IMG/VR virus record: IMGVR_UViG_3300048919_000123
Coordinates: 19,665-83,664 of that record
Source of the DNA: a virus
Strand: one strand, 5' to 3'
DNA length: 64,000 nt
The notes below the pieces were generated by a model, which had not been told where the DNA came from, made no database searches, and saw nothing but the letters and a program-made list of their open reading frames with translations. How positions within the stretch are numbered: position 1 is the stretch's first letter; each line of letters opens with the position of its first letter. The position numbers were made by a program, and so were the translations under genes. Below, piece by piece: positions 18,723-28,471 of the stretch.

Positions 18723-19217
18723 TTAGAGGTCAGCCTCGGTGATGTCAACGTAGTAGGCCTTTCCCTGCTCCAGGTGGGCGGCGATGTCGCTGCGCACGTT
18801 GTAGCTCAGGGAGCCATACGGGGTGTACTTGCCGAACACGCCGTCTTCCTCGGTCGGGTTGGGGCTGTACACGGCGCCGAAGGTGCACCGGGTCAACGGA
18901 TCGTCCGCGCTGCCCACGTTCGGGGTGAGACTGTGCAGGGTCATCTTCAGGCGGGTTGTGCGGCGTGGGGTGGCAGGTTCGATGTGAAGGCCCATGCCGC
19001 AGAGCGACTCGCCGACCTTGAAGGGCACGCTGTTCTCGTCGAAGCGTTTGGCGCAGTCACTGACGCTCCCGGTGTCGATGGTCGAGCGCTTCACGGCGTC
19101 ATGCTCTGCAAGTTGGCGAGCCAGGTTCTCAACGGCTGGCGGGGTGGTGATTGAGGCGACACTGGCGTCCAGAGCCTTGTGGGCTTCCTCGAGGTAGTTC
19201 TGGGTCTTGATGGTCAT
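18723..19217 (-). CDS. Conserved phage hypothetical protein
   Basis: 164 aa, ACAGGA RBS; C-terminal E..F.KYTP.G.L....G..YYVD motif common in phages. Confidence 0.7.
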   Translation of the reverse strand: MTIKTQNYLEEAHKALDASVASITTPPAVENLARQLAEHDAVKRSTIDTGSVSDCAKRFDENSVPFKVGESLCGMGLHIEPATPRRTTRLKMTLHSLTPNVGSADDPLTRCTFGAVYSPNPTEEDGVFGKYTPYGSLSYNVRSDIAAHLEQGKAYYVDITEADL

Positions 19218-19404
19218 GGTGGGTGATCCTGTCGTGGAGGGTGTGGGTGTGGGTGTGGTGGAACGGCAGGATGGGGCTTGCGGATCTGGCGCCTGCGAGG
19301 GTGAAGCATAGGGTGGAAATTGAAAAAAGTAAAAAATCCTGACGCTGACCAAGGCAATGAAGCACGCCTCTGCCGTGCTAGAAAATAGGGGGCGGGGTGG
19401 GTCA

Positions 19405-19463
19405 AATTATTTTCACTTTTTCTACATTCTTCGCTTGCGCTTATAGTCTTATACCTCTAGTAT
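19405..19463 (+). promoter_or_regulatory. Early sigma70 promoter with AT-rich UP element
   Basis: TTGCGC(19435)-N17-TAGTAT(19458), preceded by T-rich tract. Confidence 0.6.
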
Positions 19464-19547
19464 TTGAACTGTAGACAGCAACACCGCCTCACCGCTTCAC
19501 CCGGCTGGCCCTTGGCCCGCCACTGGCTAGGCCTTTGCCTTGCCGCC

Positions 19548-19560
19548 CGCTCTTTAACAA
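19548..19560 (+). promoter_or_regulatory. boxA antitermination element
   Basis: CGCTCTTTAACAA, matches the rrn/lambda consensus boxA. Confidence 0.75.
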
Positions 19561-19919
19561 TTTGGTTCACCGCTATGCGGACTAAGCGACAACACCTGTC
19601 AGGCTCACTCGGGCCGGGCACGGGGAAGTCTTGCCAACGAGAATGATTATCAGTGTTATCTGCACTTCACCTGATAACCAGTACAAGCAAGACGTTCCAT
19701 TAACTCTATGCTGCTACCTGCACCACGAACGGGGTAACAGTAAAAAGACTAGACGATAGGACTACCCGTTTCCACTGGGGTACGTCATGCCACCCTGACA
19801 CGTACAGGGATATCTGAGGACATAGAGTTATTTACCGGTATCAACTAGTCAGGCCGACTCACTCGCCCACTGGGCAGTTAGATGTTAGCCAAACGCCACG
19901 CACCGAACCGAACTGTTAT

Positions 19920-19931
19920 CACTCTTTAACA
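19920..19931 (+). promoter_or_regulatory. Second boxA-like element
   Basis: CACTCTTTAACA. Confidence 0.55.
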
Positions 19932-20197
19932 TTACTAACCGAACTATGCTAACCGAGACGCACGGGATACTAGCGCATTACCCAAGCATTACCCCAAACA
20001 TGATTCACCTATGCAGTATCACCGACATACACACAACGGTTAGACACACCTGAATAACAAGGGTTGTTATTCCCAAGATAACAACCCTCGCGATGAACTA
20101 AGCATTTAGAATTTGAACTCCCCTAACCCCAGTGGTTTAGATCAAGTAGCTGTATCGGCTACTTGCCATAACTCACTAGCAATAAGGAATTAGAACC

Positions 20198-20983
20198 ATG
20201 GCCAAGAAACCACAACTGACCCTCACTGTGCAGGGCAAACAAGTTAACAACACCATCATTGCTGCCTACGCCAAGCGCGTTGGTTCGCTGGATGAAGTCC
20301 TGTCTGTCTGGGCTAACGCTGCAACCCTGCAAGTTGCCATCCACGGCAACCGTAACTGGATGGATGCCTTGTTTGATGTTCCAGTGATGCGCCTTGCTTC
20401 TGGCGCCCTGAGCAAAACCGGCAAGGAAGTGTTTAACTACATTTCCGCCCACTGCCCACGGGTAGTATGGAACAAGGAAAACAACACGGTCGGCATGACT
20501 AAGTTGCAGAAGGACAGCATTCTGGCAACTCACTTTATCGCGGTCGGTGCGACCGAAGAAAGCGAAGTGGTCAGCCTGCACCGTAACAAGTTCTACATGG
20601 CTCACGGTGACTTCGCCCTGACGCTGACCGCTTTCAAGAATCTGGTTAAACCAGAAGTCGAGAAAGAAGAGCAAGAGGAGAAAATGACCGCCGCCGCGTT
20701 CATCAAACAGGCGGACAAGGCGCTCAATTGCTTCAATGCGCAACGGTTTGTCGGCACCGAAGACGAACTGCTGACCGCCATGACCAAAGCAAAAGCGCTG
20801 TTTCTGGCGCTGGACGCCCAACTGGTCGAAGCCGAAAAAGCGAAACTGGCGAAACTGGCAGAAAGCGGTATTGCCGCGACCGCCGCCGACGTGGTCGACG
20901 TCGCCAAGGCCGACGAACTGCACAAGTCGGGTCAAGCCGGCAAGGCCCTGCGCGCTGGCGGCAAAGTCGCAAAAGCCGCCTAA
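20198..20983 (+). CDS. First early protein, hypothetical
   Basis: 261 aa, TAAGGA RBS, TAA stop. Confidence 0.85.
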   Translation: MAKKPQLTLTVQGKQVNNTIIAAYAKRVGSLDEVLSVWANAATLQVAIHGNRNWMDALFDVPVMRLASGALSKTGKEVFNYISAHCPRVVWNKENNTVGMTKLQKDSILATHFIAVGATEESEVVSLHRNKFYMAHGDFALTLTAFKNLVKPEVEKEEQEEKMTAAAFIKQADKALNCFNAQRFVGTEDELLTAMTKAKALFLALDAQLVEAEKAKLAKLAESGIAATAADVVDVAKADELHKSGQAGKALRAGGKVAKAA

Positions 20984-21046
20984 CCTTACCTTTCGATCCA
21001 CGGCGGGCCAGAAGGCCCGCCGACGCTCACACACGGAGTAACGACC

Positions 21047-21460
21047 ATGCTTGCAGCCGCCCTGATTACCCTTGCCTGTTCCCTTGCCCCGGCCCAACCG
21101 GGAATCGCCCCACACGACCAGTGCGACCGTCTGGTGATGCAGCGGTGGGAAGGCCCGACCACTGAAGAGCTGGACGATTGTGTGAACATGGCCGAGTCCC
21201 TGACCCTGATGGGCCAGCGTTCCACCTGCGAATTGCAGCGCGCCGAGGAGGAACCCGCCGTCGCCCTGTACCCCGCGCCGCCGGTCAAAGGCCCAAGCCG
21301 CGCGCTGAATGGCAAAACCCTGGCCAGCCGCAACAGCGCCCCGGCCGAATTGTCGAACCGCGACCTGTACAACCAGCGCGGCACCGGGGTTGAGCCGCCG
21401 AAAGCGCGGTTCATCATGCCCAACCCGATCGTGCCGATGCCGGTCAAGTTCATGTACTGA
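21047..21460 (+). CDS. Hypothetical exported protein
   Basis: GGAG RBS, hydrophobic signal-like N-terminus. Confidence 0.65.
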   Translation: MLAAALITLACSLAPAQPGIAPHDQCDRLVMQRWEGPTTEELDDCVNMAESLTLMGQRSTCELQRAEEEPAVALYPAPPVKGPSRALNGKTLASRNSAPAELSNRDLYNQRGTGVEPPKARFIMPNPIVPMPVKFMY

Positions 21461-21492
21461 TTCACCCGAACTCCGCAGACTGGAGTCCCTTC

Positions 21493-21528
21493 GGCCAGGC
21501 GCGCTAACCCGTGCCTGGCCTTTTTATT
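21493..21528 (+). terminator. Intrinsic terminator
   Basis: GGCCAGGC...GCCTGGCC followed by TTTTTATT. Confidence 0.7.
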
Positions 21529-21610
21529 CCGCGCGCGCCCGTGGGCGCGGGCCATGGTGATCGGCTGACAAGGTCAGTTTGACACTGAAAAGCAGTTGAA
21601 ATTTTCCCAG

Positions 21611-21623
21611 TAAGTCATTGATT
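21611..21623 (-). promoter_or_regulatory. IHF consensus site
   Basis: AATCAATGACTTA fits WATCAANNNNTTR. Confidence 0.55.
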
Positions 21624-21903
21624 AGCTGGGATTTTTAGGCAAAAACTTCAGAAGACTGGCGGCCGTCATCCAGACCGTCGAGCCGAGGAGATTTTCAGCC
21701 ATGATCTAACCGACCAGCCCCGGCAGGTGCCGCCTCACGCGGCGCCGAGCCATTTTCTTATCGGTAAAGTTACAAGCAACTCTTTGTTTCTAAAGCAATT
21801 TCTATTCGAATTTCTCGGTCGCCAGACCATCGAGAATGGCGCCGCTGTGGGTGACTTTCGCCCCGGCGGCGCCACCCTACCCCTGAGCATTAAGGAATTA
21901 GCC

Positions 21904-22371
21904 ATGTCGATCATGTCCCAACTCGCCGTCGCCATTCAGGATCGCGGCATCGACCTCAGCGCCGACCTCGACCTGCCCCAGCACCTGACCAACATCTACG
22001 CCTGTTCGGTCTACCGCTTCGACGGCTCCAACCCGCTGCACGTCAACATCGCCGCCGCCCATACCGCGGTGGCCGTGGCCAAGCTGGGCAACTGGTGCGT
22101 GACCAATCACGGCTTCCGGCCGTACCGCGCCAGTGCCAAGACCCCCGTACGCCGGCTGAAGATGGCCGACCTGATCCAGTGCCCCGGTGTGTACGACGCC
22201 GCGCTTCAGCTCGCCAAGGAGAATCAGGAGAGCGACGTGGTCACCGCCCTGCGCAAGATTCCGGCGTGGATCAGCCAGCAGACCGGCGTGCCGCTGCCGG
22301 TGCTCAACGTCGCCGACACTGACCGGCTGTTTCAGTCGCTGACCAACGAGATCGCCGCGCTGTCGGCGTAA
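21904..22371 (+). CDS. Hypothetical protein
   Basis: TAAGGA RBS before MSIMSQL. Confidence 0.8.
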   Translation: MSIMSQLAVAIQDRGIDLSADLDLPQHLTNIYACSVYRFDGSNPLHVNIAAAHTAVAVAKLGNWCVTNHGFRPYRASAKTPVRRLKMADLIQCPGVYDAALQLAKENQESDVVTALRKIPAWISQQTGVPLPVLNVADTDRLFQSLTNEIAALSA

Positions 22372-22433
22372 CCCCCACTGCCGAGGCCACTTGCAAAGGT
22401 GGCCGTGAGCCCAGACACAAAGGTGCCCGTACC

Positions 22434-22829
22434 ATGGAACGCAACCGCTCTTACGTGACCACCCTCGATCACTGCAAAGACGCCGCCCTCAAGGTCTACC
22501 AGATGACCGTGCTGCTGCGCCTGAACGAGCAGCAGTTCGACGATGCCTTCACCACCGACGTCTACAGCAAGATGGTCGGCGGAATGCCGGGCGAACTCAG
22601 CCGCCTTGAGACTTACACCAACGGTCTGCAGGAGGCCTACCGGGCAGCCATCAAGGAATCGCTGTGCGAATTCGTCTTCATCCTGCGCGACGGGGCAAAA
22701 GTCCTTCAAGCCGATGCCCGCAAGTACGATCCGGTCACCCTGTTCGAGTCGACCTGCTGCTATTCGTGGAAGGACAGCTACTACAACTTCACCGAGCCCG
22801 TCGACACCGTGCAGGAGACCCAACCGTGA
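22434..22829 (+). CDS. Hypothetical protein
   Basis: 131 aa, phage-like codon usage. Confidence 0.7.
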   Translation: MERNRSYVTTLDHCKDAALKVYQMTVLLRLNEQQFDDAFTTDVYSKMVGGMPGELSRLETYTNGLQEAYRAAIKESLCEFVFILRDGAKVLQADARKYDPVTLFESTCCYSWKDSYYNFTEPVDTVQETQP

Positions 22830-23020
22830 ACTTCGCCGCCTGGCTGGCCACTCTCGGCCTTGAGCGCCACACAGCCGGCCTGATCGCCACCTTGGGCGTG
22901 TGCTGCGCTCTCACACTGCTCGGCGTGGCCTGTGTCGCCTGGTGCGAAGGCTGGCGACCGCCCCGCCAGCGCCCCAGCCCGCCGCGAGGCGCCACCCGTC
23001 ACAAGCCTGGGCAGCCATGA
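22826..23020 (+). CDS. Small membrane protein
   Basis: GTG start with AGGAG RBS, one hydrophobic helix. Confidence 0.55.
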   Translation: MNFAAWLATLGLERHTAGLIATLGVCCALTLLGVACVAWCEGWRPPRQRPSPPRGATRHKPGQP

Positions 23021-23094
23021 AGGTGTGGCTGTTGATCTTGTTTACCGAAGGGAAACAGAAAGATAAGGGCATTTACATGCAAGGCCTGTGCCAA

Positions 23095-23660
23095 AATCCC
23101 CTCTATACCTATACCTAATAAGTTATTAGTAGGGGGTATATAGGGGGGTATGGGGGGGGGGGAGAGAGGGAGGTAGGGTAGATAAATATTAAGGTGAGAT
23201 TCTCGTTTTTGGATTTAAATGCGGAGGCCTATTTGCAAATCTAATACTCGCTGTTGATTTCTAAGGGGCGCGAATTTGAAAAACGTGTTTTGCGTTTTTA
23301 TCTAGGGCGATAACGTCACCCTCGCCTACACCCAAACCCTCACCTTCCCTTCAACCCTACCTAAACCGGCACTCTCAGCCTCACCTTCCCCTTCCACCTT
23401 TCTTTCAGCGTACCGCCTCAACCCCGCATAATCTGCCGCCGTCACCTTCACTCACGCCTTATACTTTCAAGGTCGGCCTTACCGTTCGTCGACCCTGACC
23501 CTGAGGTCAGCTTTGCAAACCGTAATTTAAATAGTGAAGTAACCAGTTGGTACATTATCGTTTTATACAGGGCAAAACTTGAACCTTTCTAAGAAACTGT
23601 CCTGATTTTTTATCGTTTTATGCTAATCTATAAGCATAACCCTCCTTAGAGCCCTATATA
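23095..23660. other. Non-coding AT/G-run-rich region, candidate replication origin
   Basis: G-runs, inverted repeat, CCTCACCTTCCC direct repeats, AT-rich tracts. Confidence 0.4.
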
Positions 23661-23662
23661 CC

Positions 23663-24946
23663 ATGAACTTTCAGCTACTTTCCGCCCGAGCTGTAGAGGA
23701 GCGTCTCCAGCCTAAGCCCCGTCGCCCCTCAAAGCCCCGTCTACCAAGGCTTGCGAGCCTCGGCTGCTACCTGCCCGCCGGTGACATCAAGGCCCATTTC
23801 CGCGCCCTCGGTGCCCACCTCGACCCCGACAGCCCTGAAATGGAGGCTGCCGCCGCGGTGTTCGCCAGCTCCCTGCTCGACGCACTCGGCGAGGCCAGCA
23901 AACCCGAACGCAGCCTCATTGGCCCGGCCCGCTACAGCGACCGCATCCTCGCCAAATACTGCCGCTGGTTGCAGAAGTCGGCGTTCGGGCTGCCTGGCGT
24001 GGATCTGGTCAGCCCCGCGCTTGTGCCGTACCTGCTCGGCGGCATCCCGATCAAGGCTGTCGAGGATCTGGCGCACCGGGCGCTGGAGGTCATGGACTTC
24101 TTCCCCGACCCCCTCAGCGACTACACGCTGGGCAAGTTCGCTGCGGTCGGCTTCGGCGCGCGGCCGCACATTCACCACGACGTGGAGGTCATCAAGCGCT
24201 TCTCCAACTTCAGTTTCCGTCAGGAGTTCATCCTCGACCTGCCGCGCACCGGTTCCTACAGCCGGCTGCTGATCGACAGCGGCGCTTATGGCGCGTCCGC
24301 CCGGCGCAAGATCGCCATGATCCAGCCCCAGATCATCGCCGAGGTCGAACAGCTGCTCGACCCTGAAAGCGGTGAGATGGGAGAGGTGGCAGCCCACGGC
24401 CGGGAGCCGCTGAAGGTCACGGCGTTGATGTTCAATCGCGCTGTGCGGCGGGTGTTCGAAAGACCCTGGGCTGAGCTGGACTTGTCCGGTGACCCGGCCG
24501 ACTTCCATGCCGATGCCGAGGTGCTGCTCGCCCGCCGACTGATCGTTCATTTGACGTCAAAGGAACGGCAGCGCGAGAAGGACACGGTCAGCGCTCAGAC
24601 GTTGGTCGGAATGTCGCTACTTACCGGCATTTCGCTGGCCAACTGGACGGAATTTGCCGTCTATGATCTACGCAGGCGCGGGGAGACTTTCCTCACTGCC
24701 GAGGCCATCGAGGCGGCGATCCGCATCGCCGAGGTGTCGCCGTATTTCCGCTGCGCCGAGGCGATGACCGAAGCGGCGACGGAAATCAAGTTCGCCTCCA
24801 TGGAGAAGGCGGCGTGGGCACGGAGATTGCGTTCTGGACGCCAGCCACTGTGGAGCACCAGCGGTCGTTTCTACCAGAACGGCCTTGACGGTGACGGGTT
24901 GCCGACGTTCAAGCACAAGCCGTACCGCCTCTCGGATGATGGCTAG
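23663..24946 (+). CDS. Hypothetical protein (427 aa)
   Basis: Long ORF with coding-like codon bias; no recognised motif. Confidence 0.75.
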   Translation: MNFQLLSARAVEERLQPKPRRPSKPRLPRLASLGCYLPAGDIKAHFRALGAHLDPDSPEMEAAAAVFASSLLDALGEASKPERSLIGPARYSDRILAKYCRWLQKSAFGLPGVDLVSPALVPYLLGGIPIKAVEDLAHRALEVMDFFPDPLSDYTLGKFAAVGFGARPHIHHDVEVIKRFSNFSFRQEFILDLPRTGSYSRLLIDSGAYGASARRKIAMIQPQIIAEVEQLLDPESGEMGEVAAHGREPLKVTALMFNRAVRRVFERPWAELDLSGDPADFHADAEVLLARRLIVHLTSKERQREKDTVSAQTLVGMSLLTGISLANWTEFAVYDLRRRGETFLTAEAIEAAIRIAEVSPYFRCAEAMTEAATEIKFASMEKAAWARRLRSGRQPLWSTSGRFYQNGLDGDGLPTFKHKPYRLSDDG

Positions 24947-25015
24947 ATTCCTCGCTATTGAGCGAGGTTCCCCGAAGGTGGGGACGGAAACCCCCTCTTA
25001 ACCCTATCCTGCCGC

Positions 25016-25483
25016 ATGAGGCGGGTTCCCAAGGTCGTAGTCATGCACACACAGCCAATTATCCAAGCCCACTGGGGGATGGTGGACTGTCTGTTCGATG
25101 AGGTGTTCCTCGGAAAGCACGAGGACACCCTGCATTCGCACGAAATGCTGGAAGAGCTGTTCCGTTACTTCGCCTCGCACGATCCACGCTTTCACCGGGT
25201 CGGCCTGCACTGGAACCACCGCGGGTTCATTGAGTACGGCGGGTTCAAGGCCGAGGGCGCCATCGCGGCGTTCCTCGGCCTGCCGCTGACCGCGCGCGGG
25301 GATGCCAGCTTCCAGGCCCTGTGCAAGATCTACCGGCCCTTCCGGGACAAGGAGGAGGCGCGGACGTGGATCCGCTGGGAGGCGCAGAAGCAGTACGGGT
25401 ACACCCGAAAGGATCAGGATCTGTGGAAGGATTATCCGCGGAATTTCCCTGAGATTCCTAATGCAATCAATGAGTTGAACTGA
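25016..25483 (+). CDS. Hypothetical protein
   Basis: 155 aa ORF; start uncertain. Confidence 0.6.
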   Translation: MRRVPKVVVMHTQPIIQAHWGMVDCLFDEVFLGKHEDTLHSHEMLEELFRYFASHDPRFHRVGLHWNHRGFIEYGGFKAEGAIAAFLGLPLTARGDASFQALCKIYRPFRDKEEARTWIRWEAQKQYGYTRKDQDLWKDYPRNFPEIPNAINELN

Positions 25484-25500
25484 AAATAGGACTAAGAATT

Positions 25501-26907
25501 ATGAGCGAGCATACGTTTTCAGAGGCCAACGTTCTGGCCTTGTGGCAGAACCGGGCGATCACCTCCCAGCACGCGATGCCGAATCGGGGAGAGCTGGACG
25601 CCTTTCTGGAGAAGCGCGAGCACCCGAAGTTTCCAGCGGTGCCGGAGCATATGGCGATGCTCGACGTGCAAGGCTATGTCTTTGTGCTCGAGCGGCCGGA
25701 GGCTGACGCCATGGAAGTAACCCAGTGGGGCTGGGATCATGGGGGCCGTGGGCCGAGCGCTTTCCCGACGCTAGAAGCCGCGGTGAAGAACGCCTACTGG
25801 GTTCACATCGGCCTGTACGGCCGCATCCGCGAAGTGCAGAAGGCCGGCATCAAGGTCGAGCCAGCCTCCCTCGGCGAGGGGGTGCATTACTGGCGCTTTG
25901 AGCGTGGCAACCGGGTCAGCGCCCTGTTCCCAACCGAGGAAGCCGCCTGGCTTGACGCGATCCGCGTGCATGAAAACGCCGTGGAGAGGGTGAAGGCTGA
26001 CCCGGGCATCCACCGGGTGCGGAGCCGCAGCGCCGAGGAGTCCCGTGAACTCAGCATCCTCAAACGCCTGACCAACCAGGCGGGCTATGAGTACAGCTGT
26101 GACGGAGTATCCAATGAGTGGAGGCGAGGCGGCCAGACAGTGAAAGGCTTCAAGAGCCGCGCCGACGCCATCCGCGCTGCAATCAGGAACTGGGCCAGCG
26201 TCAACCCGGACGATTTCGCCGTGAAGATGAACAGCCTGGGCTTGGGTGAAACTGTGCTCCAGAGCCCCGAGGATTCCGAAGCCATCTCGCACATGATCCA
26301 CAAAAGCAGCGGGCTGACCTTCGCGCAATTGCAGAAGGCGCAAGGGTTTCCGGCCGACTGGATGACCGAGCCAGACGAGGCTCACCTCTTCGGCATGCAA
26401 AAGGCGCTGGAGCATGACGGGTACGGGTTCGACTTCACCGCCTCGCGCGGCTGGATCTGGTCGTGTGACGGTGAGCAAGGTCAGGGCAGCGGCGCCAAGG
26501 CCACGGCAGTCAAAGATGCGTGGAAACACGCCATAGCCAATGGGACTGTCGAGAAGGATCTGGCTTCCGTGGCCCTCGGGTATGCCCGTGACTACATCAA
26601 TCCGGATGTCTACGCCGATTCGGAAAGCGAAACTGCACCTGACGTGGTCTACGTCAGCCCGCCCTGCCAGCACCACGCAGGCTTCCCTGACATCGCCGAG
26701 CCTGAGCGCTGGCCGAAGCCAGGCACCCGCGTCATGGTCAGACCGCATAACGCGGTGTGGGGATTCCCCAACGTTGACCCGGTGCTGTGCGACATCCGCG
26801 GCTACTGGGGCGACTGGGTCTGGTTTCAGCGCGTCGGCACCTTCTGCAGCAACGACGCTTTCGTCACCACCCGCATCGACAAGTGCGAAATCGAACTGGC
26901 GGAGTAG
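25501..26907 (+). CDS. Hypothetical multi-module protein
   Basis: 468 aa; four internal W...F.T..AA..DA-like repeats. Confidence 0.8.
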   Translation: MSEHTFSEANVLALWQNRAITSQHAMPNRGELDAFLEKREHPKFPAVPEHMAMLDVQGYVFVLERPEADAMEVTQWGWDHGGRGPSAFPTLEAAVKNAYWVHIGLYGRIREVQKAGIKVEPASLGEGVHYWRFERGNRVSALFPTEEAAWLDAIRVHENAVERVKADPGIHRVRSRSAEESRELSILKRLTNQAGYEYSCDGVSNEWRRGGQTVKGFKSRADAIRAAIRNWASVNPDDFAVKMNSLGLGETVLQSPEDSEAISHMIHKSSGLTFAQLQKAQGFPADWMTEPDEAHLFGMQKALEHDGYGFDFTASRGWIWSCDGEQGQGSGAKATAVKDAWKHAIANGTVEKDLASVALGYARDYINPDVYADSESETAPDVVYVSPPCQHHAGFPDIAEPERWPKPGTRVMVRPHNAVWGFPNVDPVLCDIRGYWGDWVWFQRVGTFCSNDAFVTTRIDKCEIELAE

Positions 26908-26909
26908 CC

Positions 26910-28471
26910 ATGGAACATTACCGCGTCGAAAAGAACCGCAACCGGCAGGAATCCATGGACGGCGCCAAGCCGCTGGATTCCTGCACCACCAACAGCCTGC
27001 GCGAGGCCAAGAAGACCATGAAAGAGTACGCAGACAACGGCGCCTATTACGGCGCCGTGTTCATCAACCGTGACGGTGAATGCATCGACGAATGCGGGCT
27101 GGGTGCGCCATGAACCAGTATCTCGTAAAGTGGGAAGTCAACGTCGAAGCCGAAACCGCGGTAGATGCCGCGATTAATGTCGCCGCCGACTACTTCCAGA
27201 CTCGCATCCAGCGAGGCCAGACTGACACGGCCTGTGTGTTTCAGGTCGAGAAGGATGGCGAGCCCTCCTGGGAATCGGACGACGGTGAGGTGATCGACCT
27301 GTCCAAGATCGCCTCAGCGCTCACGCCGACGCAGCTGCGCAAAATGTTTGTCACCGAGCACCCTGATTACGAGCAGTACCGCTGGCGCTCGGCGATTGAC
27401 CGCGAAGAGACACTGCTGGGTTACTGGGAGTGGGTCATGCACCAGCTGGAAGAGGACGCACGGGTATGAACATCGCCCACCTCACCCCGGAGCAGTTGGT
27501 GGCCATCGTCAACGGCCACCTGAACTGCGATTTCATCTACAAGGACTGCCTTGAGATCGTCGAGAACATGAAGGCTCGCGAGGCTCAAGGCATCCTCACC
27601 GACAACAACCGCGCGCTGATCGCCAAACTGGAGGCCCAGCCATGAACACCATCACCCCTGCCCGCTCCCTCCAGTTGGCAGCGGCAGCGTGGCGCCCCGG
27701 CACCAAGATGAAGACCATCATCGTCGATGGCTGGGCGCGCGGCTTTGCCAAGGAGCAAACGTTGCACGAATGTATTCAAGCCGGGTACAGCGCCTGCATC
27801 GCTCAGCCAGCCATCGACAAACGCTGGTCGACGATGGATGCCGAATACGCCAAGCATGCGGAGGAAAGCCGGGCCTGTGGCCTTCGAAACTACCAAGGCT
27901 TTTCGCTTCAGGATCTGCCTCAGGACAAACGCAGCCCGGAAGACAAGGCCGCGGCGATCGAGCGCTACGAAACCTTCTGGAACAAGCGCCCAGACCGTGC
28001 CCACCACGAAATCGACTGCCCCAACCCAGCGTGTGATTGCCGACTGAAGATCAACCGGCCGGCGCGGGGCAGCGGTGAAATGTGGGACAGCCTGGCGACG
28101 TGCCCGTATTGCAACGGCACGTTCTTCTACGAATCGCGGCCACTTCGCATCGACGTGGCGTTCAAGGGGTTCATCTAGCCATGGCCCACTACGCAGTCTA
28201 CTGGCAGAAGGGCAACGAAGGACGCCCGCTTGCCTCTCACTGGTACGAGCTGAATGGTGTGATTACCTACGCCAGTCCGGTACTGGAAGACTGGGTGGGC
28301 AAATCACACAAGGAGCTGGTCGGCGAGTTGTGGGAAGGCCGGGCCAGCCCATGGTGGGACGATAACTGCGTCCCGCCGACCATGAAGTACCACCTCCAAC
28401 TACTGCGGTGCGTGAACGCGCTGCTCATAGGACTTCCATATGACCCGCCAACCCGACGCCGTCACCCCTGA
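26910..28471 (+). CDS. Run of five coupled small hypothetical genes (26910-27113, 27110-27469, 27466-27645, 27642-28178, 28181-28471)
   Basis: ATGA overlaps and RBSs; 27642 ORF has C-terminal CxxxxC/CxxC zinc ribbon. Confidence 0.7.

Noticed and set aside
19639-19657. Fur-box-like GAGAATGATTATCAGTGTT (14/19 match)
   Set aside because: About 170 nt downstream of the promoter and part of a hairpin arm; cannot be supported without binding data
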